Positions 1 through 9,629 of a DNA stretch of 64,000 nucleotides are shown in pieces. The position numbers were made by a program, and so were the translations under genes. Every line of letters begins with the position of its first letter. Position 1 is the first letter of the stretch. Source of the stretch: Promethearchaeota archaeon (lineage in GTDB: Archaea; Asgardarchaeota; Lokiarchaeia; Sigyniarchaeales; SOKP01). Where the stretch lies: the NCBI GenBank assembly GCA_019057865.1, contig JAHLWP010000017.1:1-64000 (forward strand). Direction: 5' to 3'. Below the pieces are notes generated by a model. The model was given only the letters and a program-made list of their open reading frames with translations, made no database searches and had not been told where the DNA came from.

Positions 1-17
1 ATGTACTTAGGACCACT

Positions 18-1976
18 ATGAAGCATTCTTCGATTGAATCACAGGCACAAGTAAGTGAGATGAAAAATAGTTTGCAGACCCAATCCTTAAAGGATGCGGG
101 GGGTCAGCTTGTTATGTCTACTCTTATGCTATTTAGTGGTTTCTTACTGGGTACATTTGTTCCTGTGGCTATAGCAGGTTCTTTAGCACCCGTTGTTATT
201 ACAATGGTGAATTCCAAGATTGCTAAGGATTGCTCAATTAAAACAATGCTTGAAGACTCGGTTGATATTCAGGCAGGGTTGGTTCCTCAGCCTTTGCAAC
301 AATGGTATTTTGAGTTTTCAGATGCGACTCAGTCAGTTTGGTATCATGATTTAGAACAGGCTTTACTTGATGTGACGAGAGCCCTTTCTGAACCACAAAA
401 ACCTGTTATCACTCAAGAGATGATTGATAAAATTAAAGCTTTAGGACCACAATCCCTTGTTGAGAAGATGGCGCTAGAGCAAGGGCTACCATTAGAGAGA
501 GTTGGAGACTTTTTCACCTTGTTACCTTCTCGAGGGGCTGCCCATCCATCGATTAAGTTGCTCGAAAGAATTCGTAATATACTCTCCAGTATTGCCTCAG
601 TTAAAAAGTGGGGTGGTAGAGTCACAGATGCAGAATTTCAACGAGTATTGGGTTTTGGAGATTCTTTCATTAAGAAAATTAATAAAAAGATATCAGCTGG
701 TGTAGGTCATAATTTTGATACCAATTCGCTGCAAAAGATGGAGTTAAAGATAAGATCTTTTTCTGAAAAAGGTTATTATCTTGCACGTGCTGCAGTAAAT
801 ATTTACTTGAGTAAATACGATAGTAAAGGGAGACTTATACATGATATAGGAAGAGTTTTTGCTCAACATTTGAAGAAGCCCATCTCTACTCGAAGTCTAT
901 CTAAATTAATTGGTAGATCATCTAGTTATTTGCAGGATTTTATAACAGGCATGCATTCTAAGACTGGTTTACCTCGTGAAGATATTTTTACACATTCAGT
1001 TTTACATATTTTAGTCGATATTTTTAATTTAAAGCATACAAAGATGGGTATTGATTCATGGGTTCTTGAAGATATTAAAGAAGAATGTTTTAATGTAGTT
1101 CAAGATTTTCTAATTGATGAAGGTAAGCTTGATAAATCAGCCAAAAAGCAATTTAAAGTAATTTTCAGTGTCACTCATACATTATCAAAAGCTACTAATT
1201 CTTTTTATTCACCAGCAAGGCTTAGTTTAGAGATGAGTCAACAACTTTATGGAGGAGATAATACACAAGTAATTACGACAAAATTAGTTGACGGTTCTAA
1301 AATTGATACCAAGCAATGCAAGTGGCTAAAACGTAAGCTTAGAGCTTACATATTACATGCGACTCCTGAGGTACTTGGAACTATTAGAGATATTAATTTG
1401 TATTATAAAAAGTCGAGTAGGACAAGGACAAAATATCATCCAAGATGGTATGATCCGGATATAGTAGCTGAGCATTTATATACTTTACTTATAGAACAAT
1501 TAGGATTTTGTGCTTTAACATTAGAACCACTTGAGGATAAATGTAAAGATCCACTTATTGGTTGGATAAGACATCATATTGATGAAGATACAATGAGCAT
1601 TGATCTTGATAAATTGGCAATAATTATTTCTAGGATTCATGTGAGTTCTAAATATTTACCTCATAAATATCAAGCAGGAGTGTCTAAGCGAGACGTATTG
1701 CGAGTTAGGGCTCGGATATTATATAATCGAAAAGTAATTAAGGATTTAATTGATTTAGATAAAAAGATTATTGATGAAAATGACTTACCACTAGCGTTTA
1801 GAAAGCAGTTTAGAAAGCAAGAGTATATTGATTTATTTATTAAACGTAGAAATGAATTCAGGCAAAGGGGTGAAGATATATTTTTTGAGCCAGGTGGTTT
1901 TTATGAGAATTTTTATCAACTATATAAAAATCAGTGGTTTTGGAGCACTCATTATCTCAACTTTTTAAAATTTTAA
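18..1976 (+). CDS. C-terminal part of a large protein: hydrophobic segment, degenerate HTH-like repeats, HNH-like nuclease domain (probably 5'-partial)
   Basis: Frame is open to the window edge (GTA CTT AGG ACC ACT ATG). Contains EQLGFCALTLEPL...IRHHIDEDTMSIDLDKLAIIISRIH (HNH-like) and HTH-like segments VTDAEFQRVLGFGDSFI and ISTRSLSKLIGRSSSYL. Confidence 0.6.
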   Translation: MKHSSIESQAQVSEMKNSLQTQSLKDAGGQLVMSTLMLFSGFLLGTFVPVAIAGSLAPVVITMVNSKIAKDCSIKTMLEDSVDIQAGLVPQPLQQWYFEFSDATQSVWYHDLEQALLDVTRALSEPQKPVITQEMIDKIKALGPQSLVEKMALEQGLPLERVGDFFTLLPSRGAAHPSIKLLERIRNILSSIASVKKWGGRVTDAEFQRVLGFGDSFIKKINKKISAGVGHNFDTNSLQKMELKIRSFSEKGYYLARAAVNIYLSKYDSKGRLIHDIGRVFAQHLKKPISTRSLSKLIGRSSSYLQDFITGMHSKTGLPREDIFTHSVLHILVDIFNLKHTKMGIDSWVLEDIKEECFNVVQDFLIDEGKLDKSAKKQFKVIFSVTHTLSKATNSFYSPARLSLEMSQQLYGGDNTQVITTKLVDGSKIDTKQCKWLKRKLRAYILHATPEVLGTIRDINLYYKKSSRTRTKYHPRWYDPDIVAEHLYTLLIEQLGFCALTLEPLEDKCKDPLIGWIRHHIDEDTMSIDLDKLAIIISRIHVSSKYLPHKYQAGVSKRDVLRVRARILYNRKVIKDLIDLDKKIIDENDLPLAFRKQFRKQEYIDLFIKRRNEFRQRGEDIFFEPGGFYENFYQLYKNQWFWSTHYLNFLKF

Positions 1977-1987
1977 TTATCTTTTTT

Positions 1988-2821
1988 TTAAAGTAAAAAG
2001 TTTTTAAGGTCTTTACTCATTTCGGAGTTTATTTTTTTATCAAAATTTTCAGAAGCATATTCTGCTTTATAAAATACTGGACAGTCCTTCTCAAAAAGCT
2101 TACATGTATATTCATTAGGATTATTTCTTGTTTTAGAGATAGTACATAAAAATCCATAAGGGCACATTTTGAGTTCGTGGCAAGGTTTAAAAAACTCAGG
2201 CCGTAAATATTTGCTAAGATGTCTAAACCGTATACGCTCAACAGTATCACTTAACTTTTGTTCGGGGAATTTTTTGGAATCTTCCGTAATTTCCTCAGAA
2301 ATATAAAAAACTGGACAATCATGACCAAAGATTTTACAAGTATATTTAGTCTGTTTCCTTCGAATCCTAAATGCTTCAGTTACACCACCATAAGGACACC
2401 AATTAAGATTATAACATGGTTTTTTTGCATTATCATTTACTATAATGCCTTTATTAAACCATCTTTTAGGATCTAAATTCTCCTGCATATCGTGATAACA
2501 ATCTTCACAAAACCATCTATCATAATAAGAATCGTAAATCATATCTTTATCAGAAATATCTCCCTTACAAAATCCTGAACAATGTAATATAGAATGATGA
2601 TAGGTATTTAAAAGATCATTATACTCTTTATTAAGTTGAATTCTTCTCTTTTCATCAATAGGAGAATATCCATTAAAATATCGATTTTTCCAAGCCATTT
2701 CACTAGATTTTGATATATTCTTAAGTCTTTTCTCAATTACAAGTGAAAGCATCCTCCTTAGATTTTTCCTAATATTTTTTAAACTTTCATGTTTTATTAC
2801 GATTTTTCGTCCATCTTTCAT
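1988..2821 (-). CDS. Cys-rich Zn-finger protein, paralog of 48803..49378, with a duplicated KPC-x5-CPYG...C-x2-F-x2-DCPVFY module
   Basis: N-terminal KIVIKHESLKNIRKNLR and SDKDMIY-x6-WFCEDC match the 48803 protein; internal repeat visible in the translation. Confidence 0.75.
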   Translation of the reverse strand: MKDGRKIVIKHESLKNIRKNLRRMLSLVIEKRLKNISKSSEMAWKNRYFNGYSPIDEKRRIQLNKEYNDLLNTYHHSILHCSGFCKGDISDKDMIYDSYYDRWFCEDCYHDMQENLDPKRWFNKGIIVNDNAKKPCYNLNWCPYGGVTEAFRIRRKQTKYTCKIFGHDCPVFYISEEITEDSKKFPEQKLSDTVERIRFRHLSKYLRPEFFKPCHELKMCPYGFLCTISKTRNNPNEYTCKLFEKDCPVFYKAEYASENFDKKINSEMSKDLKNFLL

Positions 2822-2934
2822 TTCTAAAGATAAAAAACTGATAAATATATTTTAACTGAAAATGAATATTCTAATGATAAAAAAAGAATTTTGATATATA
2901 AAATTAAAGGTTAATAAAGGATTAGAATATTAAT

Positions 2935-2961
2935 TATTGGTCCAATAAATTGGGCGTATAA
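2935..2961 (-). repeat. Stranded, synonymously recoded copy of the 3' end of the 3088..5343 gene (LYAQFIGPI)
   Basis: tta tac gcc caa ttt att gga cca ata versus ttg tat gct caa ttc atc ggt ccg ata at 3118..3144: 9/9 residues identical, 7/9 codons differ. Confidence 0.85.
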
Positions 2962-3087
2962 GCATTTTTTAAAGCTTACATGATTTTTTAATATTAAATT
3001 GATTATCTCTCAGGATAATGACCTGCTATCGATTCTCTTTAATTATATAGAGTTTTAAAAAGAAAGAATAGATTAAAAAAGACCTTT

Positions 3088-5343
3088 TTACTTTATAGGG
3101 CGAGAATTCGCCTGGAATATCGGACCGATGAATTGAGCATACAATTTTGCATACTGAGACTGATTGCTCACAATACTAATCATATCACCTTCTTTGGCAG
3201 TGTAAGGGCCGATTATGGTCTCTTCCGCGTCCCGGGTCACTGCGAAAAACTCACCGGCAGTGGATAATTGTCTGAATTGAATATTCCCAAGTTGCTTCAT
3301 CTTCGCGATAATGCCGGCATATTTGCTCAAATCCCATTGGGAGGTAAGCATGAATCGTGCCGCCTTTCTCTGAAAAGCAAATTCAGAAACGACTTGTAAA
3401 ATTTCAGGGATTACAACGGGAGTCACAATAATTATCGATGATTTTGTTCTATATACAGCATCTTTTATGGCTGCAATCATTGCATCGCGTCCAACTACAT
3501 GCCAAGTTGTAACTTTAGACCTTTCTGGAATTGAACTAGATGCATGATGGATATCCTTCAATTTATCTTCATTATTTTCAGCTAATTCTGTACTATCATC
3601 GATGGAATTCATGAATTGGAGCGTAAAATCAGCGATGGCATCTTTAATATTCTGTGTGGTGTCACGAGTAGTATTTGATAAACTATTTTGTAATGTTTTC
3701 GCATTTTCTTCATATTTGGATTTATGATCAGCTAGCATATCTGTTAAACCTTTATCTAATTCACTAGTTTCTCCATTCCATAATTGAATCTCGCTATTAA
3801 TTTTATCAGAGCAATCTCTTTTCCCTCCAGAAAATTTACTATCTACATCTCTAGTCCAGTTTTCATTAATTCTTTTAATTTCAGTGTCAAAATCAGTGTA
3901 ATGTCTTAAAGAGCCTTCTTTATGCCTATTAATTGTTTCGTCATATTGTTTATGATGTTGTTTTAAAGTACTTTCTGTAGAATCCTTTAACTTTAAGTTG
4001 GTATCAGAGCAGTCTTTTACACCACTTTGCAGTGTATTGTTAATTTCAGACGCCATATCTGTCGCTAAGCTCTCTAATTGTGCATCAATTGTCTCTTGAG
4101 CTTTGTAATCAAGATCAGTGGTTTCAGAGCCTAGTCCATCATTTTCTTTAGTCATTATATCAGTCACGTCGGTTTTTATCTGATCAGTTGTTTCTCTGGT
4201 CGTAGTAATATAATCCTCACTCGTTTTAACAAAATCATCTTTCATAGGTTCAGTGTAAGTTAATATATTTTGTATGGTAGTCTCATGTCTAGCTTTATAT
4301 TTTTTCTTTTTTCCAAGCCAGAAAAATCCTTTTTTAGCCATATCTTCTGAAAAATCAGTAAAACGATTAGCATGTTCTAGAAGATTATCAATTAAAGTAA
4401 GAGTCATACTTTTAAATTCATTAGTTTGATCAGTTAATATTCTATGTCTTTCATCAACAGTTGCTTTTAAGTTGGTTTGAAGTATATCAGTAGTGTTTTT
4501 CACATGATTCATATGCTCTTTTAATAGGCCAGAAATTCTTTCTTTTAAATCAGTAACTACCTTATCCATTCTCTCGAGATATTTTTCTAAAATCTGTTCC
4601 ATTTTTGGTTTTAGTTCCTTTGCAGTATTCTTATGTCTTTCTACGTGCTCATCTAACTCCATTTTCAATTCTTTATCTAAATTCTCCACACGAGTTGAAA
4701 AATCATTTAACAAATCTGCAATTAAAGTTGTTAAATTATCTTTTGTTTTATTGACAGTTGACTCATTGTCACCTACAGCTGTAGTTGAAATATTCTTTAA
4801 ATCAGTGTTTAATGTACCCATTATTGAGTGAATATTAGTCTCTAATTCTTTAGTAGTTTCTGTAAAGCGAGTTCTTGCATTATCAATTTTATTTTTCTTA
4901 ATATTATTTTTTGAGTCAGAATCTTCGAAAAATGCTTTAATTTGGCCATCAACAGCAGTTTCAACTTCTCCTATACTTTTGTTTTGTATAGCTTCAAGTT
5001 TTTCAAAACGGTTAGATTGATCTGCTAAGATATTATCTTTTATTTTAGCAATTTCATTTCTAAAGAGTTCTGATTCAGTTGTAAATAATTCGAAGTAGGG
5101 TTCAAGAGGGATGTATCTATCTACAATACCTTCAACTCTTTTAAGAAAACCTTTCTCAACTAACCAATTTGTAATTTCTAATACTTTCTCATAGGTTAAT
5201 TCCTCATGTTCCTCGGTTAGAGTCATGTATACTTCAGAAGCTGTTGCACGAGGCACTCTTAAATAAACTATATATATATTAATCTGTTCTTCAGCGAATC
5301 CATACCTCGTAAATACTTCTTTAGTGAATTCTTTTAACGACAT
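3088..5343 (-). CDS. TrmB-family-like regulator: N-terminal wHTH, about 500-aa helical insert, C-terminal PLD-like effector domain
   Basis: YGFAEEQINIYIVYL...ATASEV...LVEKGFL (TrmB HTH) and WHVVGRDAMIAAIKDAVYRTKSSIIIVTP (TrmB/PLD-like C-domain). Confidence 0.7.
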   Translation of the reverse strand: MSLKEFTKEVFTRYGFAEEQINIYIVYLRVPRATASEVYMTLTEEHEELTYEKVLEITNWLVEKGFLKRVEGIVDRYIPLEPYFELFTTESELFRNEIAKIKDNILADQSNRFEKLEAIQNKSIGEVETAVDGQIKAFFEDSDSKNNIKKNKIDNARTRFTETTKELETNIHSIMGTLNTDLKNISTTAVGDNESTVNKTKDNLTTLIADLLNDFSTRVENLDKELKMELDEHVERHKNTAKELKPKMEQILEKYLERMDKVVTDLKERISGLLKEHMNHVKNTTDILQTNLKATVDERHRILTDQTNEFKSMTLTLIDNLLEHANRFTDFSEDMAKKGFFWLGKKKKYKARHETTIQNILTYTEPMKDDFVKTSEDYITTTRETTDQIKTDVTDIMTKENDGLGSETTDLDYKAQETIDAQLESLATDMASEINNTLQSGVKDCSDTNLKLKDSTESTLKQHHKQYDETINRHKEGSLRHYTDFDTEIKRINENWTRDVDSKFSGGKRDCSDKINSEIQLWNGETSELDKGLTDMLADHKSKYEENAKTLQNSLSNTTRDTTQNIKDAIADFTLQFMNSIDDSTELAENNEDKLKDIHHASSSIPERSKVTTWHVVGRDAMIAAIKDAVYRTKSSIIIVTPVVIPEILQVVSEFAFQRKAARFMLTSQWDLSKYAGIIAKMKQLGNIQFRQLSTAGEFFAVTRDAEETIIGPYTAKEGDMISIVSNQSQYAKLYAQFIGPIFQANSRPIK

Positions 5344-5375
5344 AAATTTTTCTCCATATTTCGATTAAAAACAAA

Positions 5376-5409
5376 ATGAATTCTATATTAATATGAATTC
5401 TATATTAAT
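5376..5409. repeat. Perfect 17-bp tandem duplication (ATGAATTCTATATTAAT x2) upstream of the TrmB-like gene
   Basis: Read directly from the sequence. Confidence 0.85.
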
Positions 5410-5597
5410 ATTTTAATCTGAAAGGATTTAATAATATTTTCATAATGATTAAATAAAAACTTAAGGTTTTAAGCAGTTGATTTTTTCTTCTTAAATCTTC
5501 TCTGTAATTTTTCCTTTAATTGGGAAAAGTTATTCCTCAATCCTTTTTATATCAATTTAATTCTTTTAAGTTAGACCAAATTAGGTGTTTAAAGAAA

Positions 5598-6269
5598 ATG
5601 AAAAAATTTAATAAAATTTTACTGGGAGCTTTTGTTTTTATGGCACTAATTTCTATAGTTAACATAAGTAATGTAGTAGCAGCATCGCCTTTAGATATTC
5701 CAACAGATGAATATAGTGGTACTCTAGAGCCAGGCGAAAATGTAATACGATTTCGTAATCAAACACAGATACGTATAGATTGTGATCATTGTGTTTGTAT
5801 AAACATAGAATGTGAAGCTTTGAAGATTGGAGCAAAGGATTTTATATTAGAGCTTAGTACACCTGGCGATTGTCTAATGAGTATGAATTGTACTGAAGAA
5901 CAAGCTGAGCTTGGATTATTAAAAGGTCATAGGGTTCAAACAAGAACCCGTAATAGATATACTTATAGAGAAGGATTCTGTATTTCAATAGGATGTAATT
6001 GTTCAGAAATCCAAGCAAGATTACGCATTAAAGCATCAATCCATAATAGAAATGGTGTTTGGGCATATTATAAAGGTGACAAATGGGTTCCTGTTCCTAC
6101 AACAATTGAAGATGACTATTTAACTGCGGAAGTGGATCACTTTTCTTCGTGGACTATTTTAATTCCAATAGGTGTAGAAAATTTTGTATTTTATGTTGGT
6201 ATTGCTGCTATAATAGGAGTAATTGCTGTAGTTTCAGTTGCTTTTCTTAGAAAAAGAATACAACAATAA
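5598..6269 (+). CDS. Secreted, C-terminally membrane-anchored Cys-rich surface protein
   Basis: ATG at 5598 follows SD-like AGGTG; signal peptide MKKFNKILLGAFVFMALISIVNISNVVAA; VDHFSSWTIL motif; C-terminal TM helix plus RKR. Confidence 0.75.
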   Translation: MKKFNKILLGAFVFMALISIVNISNVVAASPLDIPTDEYSGTLEPGENVIRFRNQTQIRIDCDHCVCINIECEALKIGAKDFILELSTPGDCLMSMNCTEEQAELGLLKGHRVQTRTRNRYTYREGFCISIGCNCSEIQARLRIKASIHNRNGVWAYYKGDKWVPVPTTIEDDYLTAEVDHFSSWTILIPIGVENFVFYVGIAAIIGVIAVVSVAFLRKRIQQ

Positions 6270-6348
6270 GCAACCAATTTTTTAAAACTAAAATTTTTTT
6301 TATTTTTATTAATTAAATTAAGAAAATATTACCAAAAATTGAACTTAT

Positions 6349-7605
6349 TTGATTTTTAATAGAAGAATTACGAAGAAAAAGCATCGGTTAAAAATTTTAT
6401 TCGTATTTATTCTTATTCTTGAGTTTAATTTTTTTTTTTTTTATGTATTAGCTAGAGATAAAGATATTCTAGATTTTTGGACAGAAGATACAGTCAACCC
6501 TGGAGAACATGTTTCTTATTATTTTCCAAATAATATTATATTTGAAATTTCAACAGATTCTCTAATAGATCTCTATATAGAATATGATAACAATATAAAA
6601 AATCGCCAATCTTATTTTATGTTTAGCAACAATGAGTCTATGTCTTTAAATATAACGTCAAAAATAAGCATGAAAAGCTATGGTATCTCAAATATCCCCC
6701 CAAATCCAAAAAAAGGAAATTTTCAGTTGAGATACAAATATAATTGTATTTTTAGAATAAGGTCCAATACTTCAATTGAAAATTTAACTATTATGCATCG
6801 AAAAAATAGTTTTTATGGATTAAGACCTAGTATCAATTACTCTTTGGCGATATATGAAATATATCAAGACTCGTGGGAATTAATTGACACAGAAGAGAAG
6901 GTTAATGAATCAACATCTGAACCATATTTAGAAGGTACTCTTTTAGGTATTGGAGGAGGTATTGATTATTTTGTCACACTTTTTGAGTTTACTGTAGAAC
7001 CTTATGATTGGACATGGTTGATAATAACAATACTAATAACTGCTGTTAGTATTTTATCAATAGCATTATTAATATCAAAAAAAGATTATTTTCAGTATCT
7101 AAAAACAAGAACTATCTCAATTGAGAAAGGTGCTCATAGATTATCTTTAGATGAGGTTTTGGAAAACGAAAATCGAAGCAAAATTATTGAACTAATTTTA
7201 AATGAGCCTGGAATTCATTTTAATGAATTATTACGAAAGACAGGCCTTGCTGCTGGAAACATAGTATGGCACCTTGATATTCTTCAGACTTACAAAATAA
7301 TTGGAAAAAAGAGAGTAGGCAACTTTATTGCTTATTTTCCTTATTATCAAAAAAATCCTATTTCTAATATTGATTTAAAGTTACAAAAAAGTAAATTCAC
7401 TTTAGAAATACTAGAAATGATTGAGCAAGATCCAGGAATATGGAATAGTTTAATTACTAAAAAACTCAAGGTTGATCATAAAACAATACAATACCATATT
7501 AGGAAATTAGAGGAATTAGGCTTGATAAATTTTAAAAAAGAAGGAAGGAAGAAAAAAATATTTCCCAACTTAGATTCTGAATATTTCAATAGGAAGAAAT
7601 TGTAA
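6349..7605 (+). CDS. Membrane-spanning transcriptional regulator: ectodomain, TM helix, tandem cytoplasmic winged HTH domains
   Basis: N-terminal hydrophobic segment; TM WTWLIITILITAVSILSIALLIS; LENENRSKIIELILNEPGIHFNELLRKTGL...WHL and a second PGIWNSLITKKLKVDHKTIQYHI. Confidence 0.8.
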   Translation: MIFNRRITKKKHRLKILFVFILILEFNFFFFYVLARDKDILDFWTEDTVNPGEHVSYYFPNNIIFEISTDSLIDLYIEYDNNIKNRQSYFMFSNNESMSLNITSKISMKSYGISNIPPNPKKGNFQLRYKYNCIFRIRSNTSIENLTIMHRKNSFYGLRPSINYSLAIYEIYQDSWELIDTEEKVNESTSEPYLEGTLLGIGGGIDYFVTLFEFTVEPYDWTWLIITILITAVSILSIALLISKKDYFQYLKTRTISIEKGAHRLSLDEVLENENRSKIIELILNEPGIHFNELLRKTGLAAGNIVWHLDILQTYKIIGKKRVGNFIAYFPYYQKNPISNIDLKLQKSKFTLEILEMIEQDPGIWNSLITKKLKVDHKTIQYHIRKLEELGLINFKKEGRKKKIFPNLDSEYFNRKKL

Positions 7606-7848
7606 AAGCTTATTTTATTTATTCTTAATCAATTTATCATGATGTATTTATTCCATTTCAATGATATTGCTAATTATTCTCTAAAAAAGGAGAAAGAGTT
7701 TTAAATTTAAAATTTAAAATTATTAATTCTGAAACTCATTTAATATTAAATATTGTCATCATTTTAAATCATAGTTAATTTAAGATTTGATTTAATAATT
7801 TTTAATTCAATAAAATGATAATAATTATATTAAAAATAATGAACTGTA

Positions 7849-8355
7849 ATGATAGATCCCGAAATATTTTTGAAATTTCTAAAAAGTCGAAGGAGTATTC
7901 GAAATTTTCAAGAAAAACCAATTTCTGATAAAGAAATAGATATGATTCTAGAAGCAGGTCGATGGGCACCTTCAGCTAATAATCGACAACCATGGAAGTT
8001 TATAGTTATAAAAAATAAGGAAATTTTGAAAGCTATCTCTAAGATAGCACGTTATGGAAAATTTATAGAACAATCACCAGTAGTTATTGCAATTGTTGGT
8101 AAAAAGAAAGTAAGTTCTAAATGGTATTTACAAGATACTTCCTTAGTTTCAATGAATATGATGCTAATGGCATGGTCGTTAAATATTGGGACTTGTTGGA
8201 TTGGAAATTTAAATAGAGAAAAAGCAAAAGAAATATTAAAAGTATCTAAAGATGATTTTCTTTTAACAATATTACCATTTGGATATATTAAAGGAGAAAT
8301 CCCTCAACCAACCAATAGAAAAGATTTAGATAAAATTAAGAGAGAAATTGTTTAA
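7849..8355 (+). CDS. Nitroreductase family protein
   Basis: RRSIRNF, APSANNRQPWKF and GTCWIG motifs. Confidence 0.92.
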   Translation: MIDPEIFLKFLKSRRSIRNFQEKPISDKEIDMILEAGRWAPSANNRQPWKFIVIKNKEILKAISKIARYGKFIEQSPVVIAIVGKKKVSSKWYLQDTSLVSMNMMLMAWSLNIGTCWIGNLNREKAKEILKVSKDDFLLTILPFGYIKGEIPQPTNRKDLDKIKREIV

Positions 8356-8369
8356 AAATATTAGCTATA

Positions 8370-9539
8370 TTATATAATAAGTATTATTAAATCCTCAAGT
8401 TCCTCAGGAGCTTTAGTTAATTTCATGTATCCATCCTCAGTAATTAATACAGTATCAGAATGGCGAAATCCCCCTATATTAGGTATATAAATTCCAGGTT
8501 CAATACTAATTAACATATTTGGTTCAAGTTCATGATCGTATCCTTCGGCAATAAAAGGGGCTTCATGACCAGTAATACCTAGACCATGTCCCGTCCTATG
8601 AAGCAAAAAATCACCATAACCTTGTTCATTAATAAATTTTCGCACTTTTTTATCAATCTCACTCATTACAACTCCAGGTTTTAATAAATCATAAGCTAAA
8701 GACCTGGCGTTAAACATTACTTCAAACGGTTTTTTTGCTTTTTCAGGAATATTACCTAAAAAGAATGTTCTTTCAATTTCTACTCCATAACCATCAACCT
8801 GTGCTTGAATCATAGAAACAGGTGGTCCACCTTCTTCCATCTCAGCAAAAATATTTGGTACTAAATGAGGATCATGCGATATAGATGGTGGCTACACTAC
8901 TCCCATAGTGTCTGTTACTTTAAAATTAGCATTGGGTATATCTTGCACTATTTTGGAGGTCATAGCATCAGTAACTTCCTTATATAAAGCAAATTCGAGA
9001 ACTCTAGGCCGACATTTTTTGAGTAATACTCTGTGCCCCTTATTGGCAACCTTACACGCATGTATAGTCCTCCCAATCTCATAATCAGTTTTTATTATGC
9101 GCACTTCTTCGAGGATATCAGTAACTATTTGATAACCCGGTGTTTTATTAACAAAGCCGACAGGCATTATTGATTCTACTCCAACCTTTGCATCTTTTTC
9201 AATCAATTCTTGATAAAGATCATGCCAATTTTCCCCATCTCTGGCAGGAAATTCATAATAAGTCACAGTATCAACATCACATCTAACTCTCTCTTCAAAA
9301 TGTCCTTTTTCTAACAGTGGAATCAACATCTTCGGTAAACCTTCTATAGGTATTACCAAAATAAAAGGTCGTTCATGAACATAGAAAGCAAAGTTAGTTA
9401 AGTAATATATGTTCACAGGATCAGAAGATACATAGTAGTCCAAATCCTGCTCTTTCATCTTCTCTCTTACTCTTTCTAAACGATCAGACAACTCTTCTCT
9501 ACTTGGTGGAGAAGTAATAGCTTTTATTTTAGTACTCAT
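8370..9539 (-). pseudogene. Xaa-Pro peptidase (M24B) interrupted by one in-frame TAG at 8892..8894
   Basis: The two track ORFs are in the same frame and read MGVV*PPSISHDPH...; HRTGHGLG, HEAP and EPGIY metal motifs are intact. Confidence 0.8.
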
Positions 9540-9629
9540 TATTCTTTCCTACATTTTAATTATGTAATTATAATCATATAATATTAAATAATAAATATAG
9601 CTTTATTAGATGGTAAAGAATATAATAAG

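Noticed and set aside
2951-2978. Xer/dif-like site (TGGGCGTATAA-N6-TTTAAAGCTTA)
   Set aside because: The left arm is explained by the relic codons and the right arm matches poorly; no recombinase is visible in the window.
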